Origin: a virus
Lineage: Duplodnaviria; Caudoviricetes
Strand: one strand, 5' to 3'
IMG/VR virus record: IMGVR_UViG_3300046103_002580
Location: 1-39,070 of that record
DNA length: 39,070 nt
The notes under the pieces were generated by a model, which had not been told where the DNA came from, searched no databases, and saw nothing but the letters and a program-made list of their open reading frames with translations. Positions 20,301-29,077 of this stretch are shown here, one piece after another (position 1 is the first letter of the stretch; each line of letters starts with the position of its first letter). The translations under genes were made by a program, and so were the position numbers.

Positions 20301-23300
20301 CAGCAAACCTTAATATTTTTTGTCTATTTTCAGAACTTAATTTAATAAATGCTTCATTATTTAAAAGATAGTTTTTTTCTAAATACGGATTTTCAGTTTT
20401 TAATCTATTTAATTCTTCTACATCATTTAATCTTTCTATAGCTTTTAAATGGAATGTTGGTTTTTGATGTGCATAAACCAGCTTGCCTTCAGCATTTCTA
20501 AATACTGATACACCAACTGTTTCATCAAATGGTGCATTTTTTTGAGCTATTTTTCTTAACCTAGAAATTAAACCAAACTTACCATCACTATATATATCAC
20601 TACCTCTTTGAATTGCTAAAAACATTTCTGTAACAGATTCTTTTAGTAAAGGAGATTCTGTTTTATTAGAACTAAGTAAAGCTCTTTGTTTAACAGTTAA
20701 AACAGTATCAGGTTTACCAAAAAGTATACTATATGAAATAAATTGTCTACTTAATTTAATGCCTACCAAATCTGAAAAATCTTTTTGAAATTCTGCAGAT
20801 ACTTCAGCTAAACTTTTATTTGTAATTTTTTTATTTGATCCCAACATACTTTGCATATAGTCTAAGAAATCAACCGTTTTTTCTTTAACAGCTGCATTAG
20901 ACTTGAGTACTTTTTCTACTTGTGTCCATGCTTGTGACCAACTATCAATCTGAGAATTTATATCATCTCTTTGTGCAGCTGAATACATTAATATGTTACC
21001 AGCATTATCACGTTGAGTAAATAAATAATCAACCTTAAAGTTTTCAAATGCTTTTGTAAAAGCTTGAAACAACTGAGGGTTTTTTATTACAAGTGGTAAA
21101 GGTGTGTTTTCCAATAAAGATTGTTCACTAACACCTATTGAATTAAGCAACTTAGTAACTACAGCGCCAGTTTCTAAATTTTCTTGCCCAAAAAAGTACA
21201 TGTTTTGTAACATTATTCTTGGGTTATCTATATTTTTTACAGATTTAAGCAGACCATTGTATACATCTATATAATCTACAGGTACTATTATTGGCTCTCC
21301 TGCTGTTAATTCAGCGTTTCCAAAGTAATCTGTTGCTTGTTTTGTTGTAGTTGCTATATAAGATCTAATCATTTTTGGAGTTGATTGGATACCACCTATC
21401 ATAGATGCATCTTTACCCCATTCATCTATCCCTCTTAAACCAATAGAATCTTCCATTGTTTCTTGACTATATTCTTCCTCTGTTGCTTGGTTATCTATTA
21501 CATTTAAAAAACTATAAACTTGATTTTTAATTGTATCTGGAAATTCATCAAGCGCAATACTTACTTGATCTAATAATTCTATTTCTCTTTCAGGTCTATT
21601 AGCATATTGCGGACTTGCAGAATTATATAAAACATAAAAATCATCCATAACATCATTAAGGATATCAGATTTTTTTATATTTGGATCTGAATTTTTAGAA
21701 GCTCTAGTTAAATACATTCCAGCTATACTTCTAATTAAAGGTGCTGCAACATCGTTATCTACATATAGAAACCCTTGTCTAATAACTTGTTTTGTATTTC
21801 CATTAGGTTCTGTTATTGTTGTTTCTTCTTCTACTTCTTCATATGGCATTAAAGCATTAGCTTCTAATGTTATACCGGCTTGATTTGTAAATTGATTAAA
21901 AGCTATAGTAGAAGAGTTGTATTTCCCTGCATCTATATTTTCAAATAAAGTATTTAAATCATTTTTACTATAAGATTTAAAAACAGACTCTATCCATTCT
22001 AAAATTCTAGTAAACAATGATTTAACTTCTGAAGATGTTTTAGCGCTTTTTGGACTTGTTTTAAATATTTCAAATTGATCTGCTAAATATTCCTCATAGT
22101 ATTCTTGTTCTAATCTAGCATCACTCATATCAGAATATGTGTTAGCCGATCTTCTAAACATTTCTAACTCTTGCTTTAGACTTTTACCCTCTAATCTTAA
22201 TTTTGCTTTAACTTCTTTTTTAGCAATACCTAAATATTTATTTATTTCTGCATCAGTTAATAACATTCTAAACACACCATGAAAAGCTTCATGATATCTA
22301 AAAGGTGAGTTTGCACCTGTGTATAGTGTACCATTAACTGTTTTACCTCCAGCAATATCATTTAAATTTAAAACAAATGCACCTACTCTTTCTCCACCTG
22401 CTTTTAAATTGTCTCCTAGTGTAGCAATGTCTTCTATACTTATAAAGTCAGGTAAATTTTTATTAGCCCATGCTAAAAAAGTATTAATATCTTCTACATC
22501 AGTTATAGACATAGGTGCCATTACTTTATTAGCAGTACTCATTATTTCAGCTTTTTTAGCTAACAATGATTGGTATTCTTTACTTTCTCTAAGAGCTTTA
22601 GATTGTTCTTTTCTAGTTTTTCCTTTTTGTAATTCTGCTTTAAGTAATTTTATTTCAGCTTTTATATCAGCTAAAGGAGAGTTAATTACTTTAGTGGCTT
22701 GATTTACTGTTTCCACACCACCCTCTAAAACAACTAATGTTGCTATTGTAGAACTTAAAACTTCTTGAATTATTAACTCTCTAGGGGTTAACGCACTTGT
22801 GTTTCCGTCTCTTACTATTTTATTAACTATATGATCAAGTTGTTCTTTAGGTAATGTTGAAAATTTAAGCTCTGCCATAGCTTCAAATTCTACATCACTT
22901 AAATCTAATATACTATCATCAGCATTTTCTGCTGTAATTATATCTTCAGATTTTGTACTAGCTGTAGTTAATTCAGGCCCTACAGGTATTGCATTTCCTT
23001 CTGCATCTGAAAAAGGTTCTGTTTGTACAAATACAGCAGAAGTATTTTGTGATAAATTTTCAGCAGCTTGTGTGATGCTAGGATCTGCAAACAACTGCAT
23101 TCTTGAAGGACTAGTAACAGACTTTATTACGTTTGTTGATGTTAAAGATAATAGTTGTGCTATAGACGCGTCTCTAGGAAATGATTGAGTAAACTGACTT
23201 GGTTTTAAAGAAATTTTTTGATTTTCAAGAACTTGATCTTCATTAAATTTATCCAGCAACATTTGAATTTTTTCTGTGTTTTCCAGTTTTGTATCTACGA

Positions 23301-26300
23301 TTGTTTTTTTATCTAACCTAATTGTTTGTAGTTTTTTTCCATTTAACTTTACTTGTAATTCTATTTTACCCCAAGGACTTATTTGTAAAGAAATGTTTAC
23401 ACCTTTATTATTTTTAATAAATAGTTGTTGATTAGATGTATTTTCTGAGCTCCATTTACGTAAGTCTTGTAATTCTTTAGATCCTACAGGAAGACGTGTG
23501 TCTTTTCCTGCAGGTAGTTGAGCAATAACAGCTTGAGCTTGAGATATAGTTTTTACCATTAGCTCATTAAAATCTAAAGGTGTAGCTGATAAATTTACAT
23601 AGTTATATGTGCCATTAGGTAGTAAAACAACAGCTATATATGCATCTGAACCATTCTGCAAATCATCGTATATACCTTGTTTTGTTAAAGCTTCTTTTAT
23701 TTTTTTAGTTAATGCAATCCTTTCTTTACCTTCTAAATTAGTAACAGCTGTAATAGTTCTTGGTTGACCTTCTAATCCGCTTTCAAGTTTATATATTAAA
23801 TAATTCCCAGCTTCATCAACACGGTTATAATCTAAATCATTTAAACTTCTTAAAGAACTATTGTCATAATTTGTTACACCTAATTGTAGATTTAAAGAAA
23901 TATCATTAGAAAAACTACTTAATAACACTTTTAAGACATCTGATGTAACAGGTAAACCTAACTTTTGTCTTTGGTCAGTTGTTAAGCCTGCTGTCTTTTT
24001 TGGATTATTTATTTCATTACCACTTCTCTCTGTTTTTTCAATAACCTCACCATCTTCTAACCTATCTCTTAGTAATTGTTCTGCAGTTATTCCATCTCTA
24101 ATAAGAATATCATTATCTGCAAGTTTAACAGATGTCGTAGAAACACTATTTCCGTCTTCATCAAAATTTTCAACGTCCGCTTTTCTAAGTGAACCATCTA
24201 ATAAAGTTTTTACTGTTATTACAGTTTTAGCACCAAATTCATCAGTTATAGTAAACGTTTCTTCCTTTAAAACAACATCACTATCTTGAAACCTTTTTGT
24301 AGTTGGTATAATATTTTTATTAATTGCAGCATTAATTTCATTTGTTAAAACTTGATTGATGGCAAAATTATGCTTTATTATTGCTAAAGCTTGCTCAGGT
24401 GTTAATTGATCTTTTAAGTATTCAGGTAACCTAATTAAATTATTAGCTTGATCTAAAGTAAAATTACTAGGGTTTATACTATTACCATCTACTTCAAATT
24501 TAAAATTTTGCACGCCAATAAAAGCAAAAATACCATCAGGATCATTACTTTTATTTATTCCTGCAATTTCTAATGCTAAGTTTATTTTGTTTTGAACTTT
24601 AGCATTACCTGCTACTAAACCAATGTTATATTTTGATTGTACTTGTTGAATATACTTATTAGGTTGTGATCCAGGATATGCATATAAACCATTTGATTTA
24701 CCAGCATTAGGGTTTAATGAAATAATTAATTGAAGTTCTTTAATTTCTTCTTGAGTTAATGCAGATATAATTGTTTTATATCTATCTTGAGCTTGCTGAT
24801 ATGTTTCAATTGAATCATCATTTTGACCCTTATCATTTTTATTTCTATATGGATAAGGTAAAACTGGTTCAGATATATCTAATCTAGATACATCATCCGC
24901 AAGAATTTCCATATCTATCTTTTCTAAATTATAAAACCCTTTAAATTGACCTGGCTTTACATATACTAAAAATTCTTTTTTGTCTTTAAATGATAAATCA
25001 CTTTTATTATTTGGTATTAAAGTTAAATCCCTACCTGATAAAATTTTATTTGGTTTACTTAAAATCTTGTATTCAATAAGATTACCGTCTTTGTCTTTTT
25101 TATATACAAGACCTCCTGTATTTAATACTTCACCATCAAATAAAAACTCTCCGGCATTACCAAAATCTTCTTCTAACTTGTTTAATACTTTTATAGCAGA
25201 ATCTGAATCAGTAAAAAGACCCATGGTTTCTCCGTATTGTTCTAGTATTTCTAACGGTACTTCTTCTTTTGTTTTTGAATCTATAATAGTGTAAGTTTCT
25301 ACTCCATCAGAAACTCCTTCAGGGTATGTAACTTCTCTTATTATAGAATAGTTTATACCAGGTTGAAATACATTTTTAGTATTACTACCTTGAAAACTTT
25401 CACCTTCTGCTTCCATTGCAGATGTTTGACCCGTTATATCAGATAAAGGTATTTCTAATTTTTTTAATACATCAGCTACTAAATTATTTTGTAAACCTTC
25501 ATCAGATAATAACCAACTAATAAACCTGTTATCATCTAGCTTTTGCTCTTCAGTAAGTGAATTGTTAGGGTTTATTGTTAAATCATTTGCAATCCATATG
25601 CTTCTTAATGCATTAAAAGCATTTCTAAAATTTTTAGCAGAAGCAGTATTAACCCATTCTGCATAAGCCAATGTTTTTTTATTAAGTTGTTGAGCTTGAT
25701 ATTTTTTATATAAATCTAAAAGTAAAGATTTATATTTTTTAGAACTAGACGGTGTAATATCTTCAGTAATGCCAAGCTCTTCTAATGCAGCATTAACCTC
25801 ATCTCTGTTAGCTTTTTCTAGTTCAGCTTCTGCTTTAGTTATATTTTCTTGTTGTGTTTTTTCTGCTTCTTTTTTTGTAGTTTCATTATATACTTCTAGT
25901 AAACCTTGCAGTTCTGCATATAAAAGCGGGTTAACCCTTTCTGTTATTTGACCATTAGAATTATAAAATTCATTTAAAAAAAGAGTAGATCCAGTAGCTA
26001 AAAATGCTTTAGCATTCTCAGGAGGAATAACAACATCTCCACTATTTAAGTTTGCTATTTGATTTAATAATTCATTTTTTTTATTAACTTCAGCATACTC
26101 TTCAATAACCTTTTTAAAGTCATCTGCCATAGTTTCAAAAGCATTAGTAAATACTTGGTTTTGTCTTTCAACAATTTCATTAAAACGTTCCGGGTTACTT
26201 AAATATTCTATAGTTTTATCATATACTTTAGCTCTTCCTTTTAGAGCTTTATAATCCACCATCTTTTTTAAAGTTTCTTTTATTGCTTCTTTATTAGCAA

Positions 26301-29052
26301 ATGTACCATTGCTGTTTGCCAAATACTTTACATATTTTTCAAACTCAGGAAGTAATTTGTTAGATACTTTTGATTTATTAAATGAACCATCTTTATTTAA
26401 ATTTTTAGGATCATTTAATATAACACTTAAAGCTTCAAGTCTTTCTTTTTTATCTGTTTTATCTTTTACAAGTTTTTTATTTGCTACTGTATCATTGGTT
26501 AATACAGACAATTCTGCTTGTAAATTTCCTATTTCTTCATCTATACTATCATTATCTAATAAAACAGTAATGTCACTAGCTGCCATTTTTTCAAATAAAG
26601 GATCAGAAGCTAAAGTTTCAAATATACTATTTGATCGTTCTAAGGCTCTATTAAAACCATCTTTAGTAAACATATACAAATAATTTGCATGTGCCCAAGA
26701 CGCTTCTTTAATTGCCTCCTGCTGATACTCTCTTGTTCCTTTTTTAAATGCTTCTTTGTTATAAGGATTAGGAAAGTCATCTTTTCTGTCATTGTAATCA
26801 TTTTCAGTTTTTTGTATCTGATTAATCATACTTTGAAAACGTTCTCTTGCTTTTCCGCTTTTAACTTCTTTTTCACTTGCAAATTCAGCATCTATCAATT
26901 CTTCATCACTAAGCTTTGCATAATCTCTTAATTGATTCTCAAAAATTTGAGCGCCTCCCGTGCTTAAAACAGTATATATTTGTTGAAACTTTGCAAAATC
27001 TTTTGCATCTATAAAACCAAACTGATCATTTTTATATGCAGACTCTGTCATTTCACCTGCAACTTGTTTTTGAATTAAAAAATTTAGTTTAGCAGGATCC
27101 CATAATTGTGACGGATCTTCTGCTTGCATATTCCATGCTTTATTATATGATGTAACAACAGCTTTAACCCATTCTTCTTGAGCTTCATTTTGTTGTGCAT
27201 AGGCAGCTTTTGCTTCTGCACTTCCATATTTACCTTTAGCGGCTCTATATACAGATGGTATACCTTGAAAAAATAATTTCTGTGGTCCAGACACAACTCC
27301 ACCCATTAAGAAACCTGACATAAATACATCAAATCCTTGTGCACTAAACTGTTCACTTACCGCAGAGTTTACAGATTCTTTATATAAATCATAACCCCCT
27401 GCCATAGGATCTGCAAAAACATTTCTGTAATAATCATTAGCTCCAGCTGATATAGCTTCTTGACCTATTTCTTGAAACCCTTCTGCTAAGTTTGCAGAAA
27501 AATATCTTAAACTTGCTCCTGCTAATTTTTTAGTATTACCTTTTATACCTGCAGAACTAACTCTATTAAGTAATCCTTTAAAACCTGTACCTGCATCTTC
27601 AAATACATCTAATAATTTTTTACCATCTTTACCAACACCCTTACCTTTTTGGATAATTCTTCTACCTATACCAGTAACTTTATTGTTTGCCATTCTAGCA
27701 AATGACTTACTAAAACCTCCAAATGCATTTCCTAATACTAATTGATTACTTAAAAAAATTAAAGGTGCGTTTGCCATTAAGGTAGCCATAGATGCTCTAC
27801 TAGCATTTTCTTCTATACCTGCCATTTGCTCAGATGTTATTTCTCTACCAAAGTTTTCTTGAGACTGCATTGCAAGGTTTTCACTAATTCTTTGATTATA
27901 AACCATACCAGCTTCAAGACTTGATTCAGCTAAAGCAAAATTTACTGATCTAAGATCTTTATAAAATCCTCCAAATGTTTTACTCATCTTGGCTAGATTG
28001 CCTATATTTTGAGCACCATTTTTAGTAGTCTTAAAAGATCTTATTGCTGCAACTGTTTCAGGAGCTAATATTTTACCTACAAATTTAGCTCCTGAACTAA
28101 ACCCATTATACAAATCTTTTGCAGTATCAACATTGTTTGTTGCTCTTAATAAATTTCTAGTAGCTCCTGCCATTCTTGATATACCAAAACTATTTAAAAT
28201 AGTTTTACCAAGTTTTGCAACATTCATACCTGTTTTAACAGTAGCTAAACCACCTAATGTTCCACCACTTAAAGCAGTGGCACCAGCTAATATAACTTCT
28301 TCTAAGGCTATACTTCCTATAATACCAAAAGTATATCCTGAATTTAATAATAAATTATTTGTCCAAGCTAATCCACCACTTCTTGTAGAAGTACCAATTG
28401 CCATTGCTTCTTCAAATTCTCCTGCTGATTTTAAATCAGGCCCAAAAGGATCACCAAGGTTTCTATAAGCACTTTTAAACCCGGTACCTATTAAACTTGA
28501 AAATTGACCAGACATTCTGGACATATCATCCCATACTGTAGAATTTGCATTATAATATGCTTCATTGTTTGCATAAGGAGAAAACCCTAAATTTTTAAAT
28601 TCAGGATGTTCATAGTATCTCATAAAATTAGATTGAGCAATACCTGAAACTTGAGGTGCATTAAAACTTACTGAACCTTCTGGAAGACCAGAGTTTTCTA
28701 TGCTTTGATTGCGGTCAAGTTCAAGCTTTATCATTCTTTGGATTCCACCTGGTTCATCTGGATTAGGTGGATTTTGTTGTAATACAGGATCAAATGTTCC
28801 TGTAGCTAATGTTGGTCTTGATTCATTTAAATTTGCTAAAGCAGATATACCATAACTTTCTATAGCTTTAGATCCTTCTTCAAGTTTTTGTAATCCAGAC
28901 ATATCTGCATTATCTATATATGCATCATACTCAGGAGTATTAAATAGTTCTTCAACAGGTGCATAAGATTGCATTATATCAATAGAAGGAGCTGTGCTTT
29001 GATTACTTTCAATTGCTTGATCTAAACTTGTTTTGTCAAATTTATTTTCCAT
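14374..29052 (-). CDS. Giant virion protein containing a crAss-like two-barrel RNA polymerase plus zincin-like domains
   Basis: 4892 aa; FAIRIPSQ (RIPSQ 17839-17853) and SGADFDIDK (DFDID 17722-17736), the DxDxD variant of crAss-like virion RNAPs such as phi14:2 gp66; HEAFH (22279-22293) and HEQDH (14899-14913). Confidence 0.9.
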   Translation of the reverse strand: MENKFDKTSLDQAIESNQSTAPSIDIMQSYAPVEELFNTPEYDAYIDNADMSGLQKLEEGSKAIESYGISALANLNESRPTLATGTFDPVLQQNPPNPDEPGGIQRMIKLELDRNQSIENSGLPEGSVSFNAPQVSGIAQSNFMRYYEHPEFKNLGFSPYANNEAYYNANSTVWDDMSRMSGQFSSLIGTGFKSAYRNLGDPFGPDLKSAGEFEEAMAIGTSTRSGGLAWTNNLLLNSGYTFGIIGSIALEEVILAGATALSGGTLGGLATVKTGMNVAKLGKTILNSFGISRMAGATRNLLRATNNVDTAKDLYNGFSSGAKFVGKILAPETVAAIRSFKTTKNGAQNIGNLAKMSKTFGGFYKDLRSVNFALAESSLEAGMVYNQRISENLAMQSQENFGREITSEQMAGIEENASRASMATLMANAPLIFLSNQLVLGNAFGGFSKSFARMANNKVTGIGRRIIQKGKGVGKDGKKLLDVFEDAGTGFKGLLNRVSSAGIKGNTKKLAGASLRYFSANLAEGFQEIGQEAISAGANDYYRNVFADPMAGGYDLYKESVNSAVSEQFSAQGFDVFMSGFLMGGVVSGPQKLFFQGIPSVYRAAKGKYGSAEAKAAYAQQNEAQEEWVKAVVTSYNKAWNMQAEDPSQLWDPAKLNFLIQKQVAGEMTESAYKNDQFGFIDAKDFAKFQQIYTVLSTGGAQIFENQLRDYAKLSDEELIDAEFASEKEVKSGKARERFQSMINQIQKTENDYNDRKDDFPNPYNKEAFKKGTREYQQEAIKEASWAHANYLYMFTKDGFNRALERSNSIFETLASDPLFEKMAASDITVLLDNDSIDEEIGNLQAELSVLTNDTVANKKLVKDKTDKKERLEALSVILNDPKNLNKDGSFNKSKVSNKLLPEFEKYVKYLANSNGTFANKEAIKETLKKMVDYKALKGRAKVYDKTIEYLSNPERFNEIVERQNQVFTNAFETMADDFKKVIEEYAEVNKKNELLNQIANLNSGDVVIPPENAKAFLATGSTLFLNEFYNSNGQITERVNPLLYAELQGLLEVYNETTKKEAEKTQQENITKAEAELEKANRDEVNAALEELGITEDITPSSSKKYKSLLLDLYKKYQAQQLNKKTLAYAEWVNTASAKNFRNAFNALRSIWIANDLTINPNNSLTEEQKLDDNRFISWLLSDEGLQNNLVADVLKKLEIPLSDITGQTSAMEAEGESFQGSNTKNVFQPGINYSIIREVTYPEGVSDGVETYTIIDSKTKEEVPLEILEQYGETMGLFTDSDSAIKVLNKLEEDFGNAGEFLFDGEVLNTGGLVYKKDKDGNLIEYKILSKPNKILSGRDLTLIPNNKSDLSFKDKKEFLVYVKPGQFKGFYNLEKIDMEILADDVSRLDISEPVLPYPYRNKNDKGQNDDSIETYQQAQDRYKTIISALTQEEIKELQLIISLNPNAGKSNGLYAYPGSQPNKYIQQVQSKYNIGLVAGNAKVQNKINLALEIAGINKSNDPDGIFAFIGVQNFKFEVDGNSINPSNFTLDQANNLIRLPEYLKDQLTPEQALAIIKHNFAINQVLTNEINAAINKNIIPTTKRFQDSDVVLKEETFTITDEFGAKTVITVKTLLDGSLRKADVENFDEDGNSVSTTSVKLADNDILIRDGITAEQLLRDRLEDGEVIEKTERSGNEINNPKKTAGLTTDQRQKLGLPVTSDVLKVLLSSFSNDISLNLQLGVTNYDNSSLRSLNDLDYNRVDEAGNYLIYKLESGLEGQPRTITAVTNLEGKERIALTKKIKEALTKQGIYDDLQNGSDAYIAVVLLPNGTYNYVNLSATPLDFNELMVKTISQAQAVIAQLPAGKDTRLPVGSKELQDLRKWSSENTSNQQLFIKNNKGVNISLQISPWGKIELQVKLNGKKLQTIRLDKKTIVDTKLENTEKIQMLLDKFNEDQVLENQKISLKPSQFTQSFPRDASIAQLLSLTSTNVIKSVTSPSRMQLFADPSITQAAENLSQNTSAVFVQTEPFSDAEGNAIPVGPELTTASTKSEDIITAENADDSILDLSDVEFEAMAELKFSTLPKEQLDHIVNKIVRDGNTSALTPRELIIQEVLSSTIATLVVLEGGVETVNQATKVINSPLADIKAEIKLLKAELQKGKTRKEQSKALRESKEYQSLLAKKAEIMSTANKVMAPMSITDVEDINTFLAWANKNLPDFISIEDIATLGDNLKAGGERVGAFVLNLNDIAGGKTVNGTLYTGANSPFRYHEAFHGVFRMLLTDAEINKYLGIAKKEVKAKLRLEGKSLKQELEMFRRSANTYSDMSDARLEQEYYEEYLADQFEIFKTSPKSAKTSSEVKSLFTRILEWIESVFKSYSKNDLNTLFENIDAGKYNSSTIAFNQFTNQAGITLEANALMPYEEVEEETTITEPNGNTKQVIRQGFLYVDNDVAAPLIRSIAGMYLTRASKNSDPNIKKSDILNDVMDDFYVLYNSASPQYANRPEREIELLDQVSIALDEFPDTIKNQVYSFLNVIDNQATEEEYSQETMEDSIGLRGIDEWGKDASMIGGIQSTPKMIRSYIATTTKQATDYFGNAELTAGEPIIVPVDYIDVYNGLLKSVKNIDNPRIMLQNMYFFGQENLETGAVVTKLLNSIGVSEQSLLENTPLPLVIKNPQLFQAFTKAFENFKVDYLFTQRDNAGNILMYSAAQRDDINSQIDSWSQAWTQVEKVLKSNAAVKEKTVDFLDYMQSMLGSNKKITNKSLAEVSAEFQKDFSDLVGIKLSRQFISYSILFGKPDTVLTVKQRALLSSNKTESPLLKESVTEMFLAIQRGSDIYSDGKFGLISRLRKIAQKNAPFDETVGVSVFRNAEGKLVYAHQKPTFHLKAIERLNDVEELNRLKTENPYLEKNYLLNNEAFIKLSSENRQKILRFAGTAVGQLNQSEEEINASISSLIKRETYGNFTPQEFALTLVNSYTALVNTKSGRLDSFVEYINQFNEEVKVALAPSLLRVLESSNTGDMSYMPVLRAVETKNGVTNITDATLNIFVDSIETEFDRIVRERNTEGRRTARSVIGYNIEGTDEKGNALPARAFKLHNSATLLIDTVKTQLEEIANRGNVTLNQALDEINMTRTDLKLDLNSLLESQFDQFKQELVNLNISEELSNSIKNGLDVANNFAEAAELLNLIDNADHNLKQIFFNDWVNTKSLNEVLLGDQAVTLKNGVDAIKRAKAQNAATVSAYSAIVAPELGINHTNEKISSFVLDEPIGKSSLGENKDIEEADAQLYYTTKGFRYSEFGFGKLTPLQAALLDEIENDGQVFIDPLKYQNPAELKSRKKITSEEIFGSNGYANNGSMVNSRKLVYADGRTFIKMSAFVLLPQLTSDNIETDPTKPPIWVPKPNMIKLHNLRVKLEAEEQENNSIAIAAPMSAFKMLKQDVTDLSELGNSDRFTNKATDLSAKNLGLQVEMPSNKKEIIDPTQIKNIITSEQSDDVFVEALGLTVGQIRKEYNKATGRRVEFKFKNKRNLVYTFKKQDGTIGLMDELNISRKTNKITPNLTAFLKYAEEGLKASDTSSNLLEFFATENGEQKYDLNNPITINKFEGLFLTYLSKGVLSERLPGHSLALVSDFGVGVYRKVYSFDENGIPDRSEIIRENVWKNMKNKPSIQEPSNGLDTTAEPTWSQVEIPKGGFVVIQDRLRSGVKAYDSKGNETGERYTEMLMPAHFQSIMDLIENSNEPMPEVISKLFAIRIPSQDNHSTVNAKYVDFLPAIYGSVAMFARELVEISGADFDIDKVYAQIKQWYVKNNKFIEYGKGKTLDEQYNDYIEYVKENVNKSGSIYNDALKLYNNDQQAIKVSNSSAIKAIKDLGRSYEDAITSLEMLGLPISKEQYSTYVKERGESYEAALNNKILDYKYALMGNRGVTESKTGETPISYTPAALDILEDEWKVLQEITKLENETSPLTERSREDNIDIDNILGKIKAFRANKGAAIGAIVLPNQYLSLLTEYGIKLNDKAPIFKIDGVIYNDFGVLREKLSDGTLGLRKQDIISSLITMATDNAKERLVAKLGLNKSALGLVANLTALGVPIGTSLLLINNPVIQGIYSEALNKKNKMDPGVKALVAAQLEELNPNGDKIKSVPVTSQMLIDAIKDPENIENTVKFSILKMFQSGNSIADFTGNMRAVSNLTQGLGRDMAAINEKANQIDVLFDPKKAIMDLSSIFYSDTWQSKYLEIFNEIRNELLPTTFLTASPQFQSILDNLLVNVNTEGSGYSEETTSKISRDLLSYITIKAFQKKGQNIATLNNDLIYKSDLESIGDLVEKMRNTEMGKDNFFLEAFAVINQYDNPNNNTGLNLVESNSFRSLNKLQKVDLQTSFAKLYGSVEMRDDALSIINYLMVKDGLQLAYGTLIDAISPFTMNGYLSHIETANTALRNGSDTRMQEVFGLTMSELTDEFTNGYLTSHVNNALLNTVGSKTEGLTIKDDVLSIELNKNPKIIDLLYVRYLYAVPGQTPIYETYIRSSELSNDEKAVFNIVDTYGSNQQNGIGFMFGERPTYKEVRNTVYNKNTGKDFSKEDNFTLDDDNSNSEMQEILEQQLEEALKNADVSAVVGVTGTKVLLDGNTPTELKDKIKAPVGSLEMPKYSVNKNLKNPDGSKRFAQTDGTKITINPLLKGDNKKIFFDYFMGNVPGESSAQKAKVLEQMAKQDWSIDRIANILNSNLAINAFLVLHEQDHIDNNDKEVYWAFEESQVAQFGGKLMDYRNLLTQDKIDIEIRATIAALEKVESNEIKSRSEQTSEVDVNNNTETNFALQDAKELELELTMEGATDLEAELMADLQDELGTNAAIENYWDAQIEPFPDKKAKLREQKLYPISKMIKAFEDGGYIFDATDNKTAEEVFIDEINNCIL

Positions 29053-29077
29053 TTATGGTAAAAGTTTATTGATTTTA

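Noticed and set aside
5407-29052. Inteins or self-splicing introns in the RNR or RNAP genes
   Set aside because: RNR subunits are compact and uninterrupted. No intein termini or homing-endonuclease motifs were noticed in the giant ORF, though a degenerate one cannot be excluded by eye.
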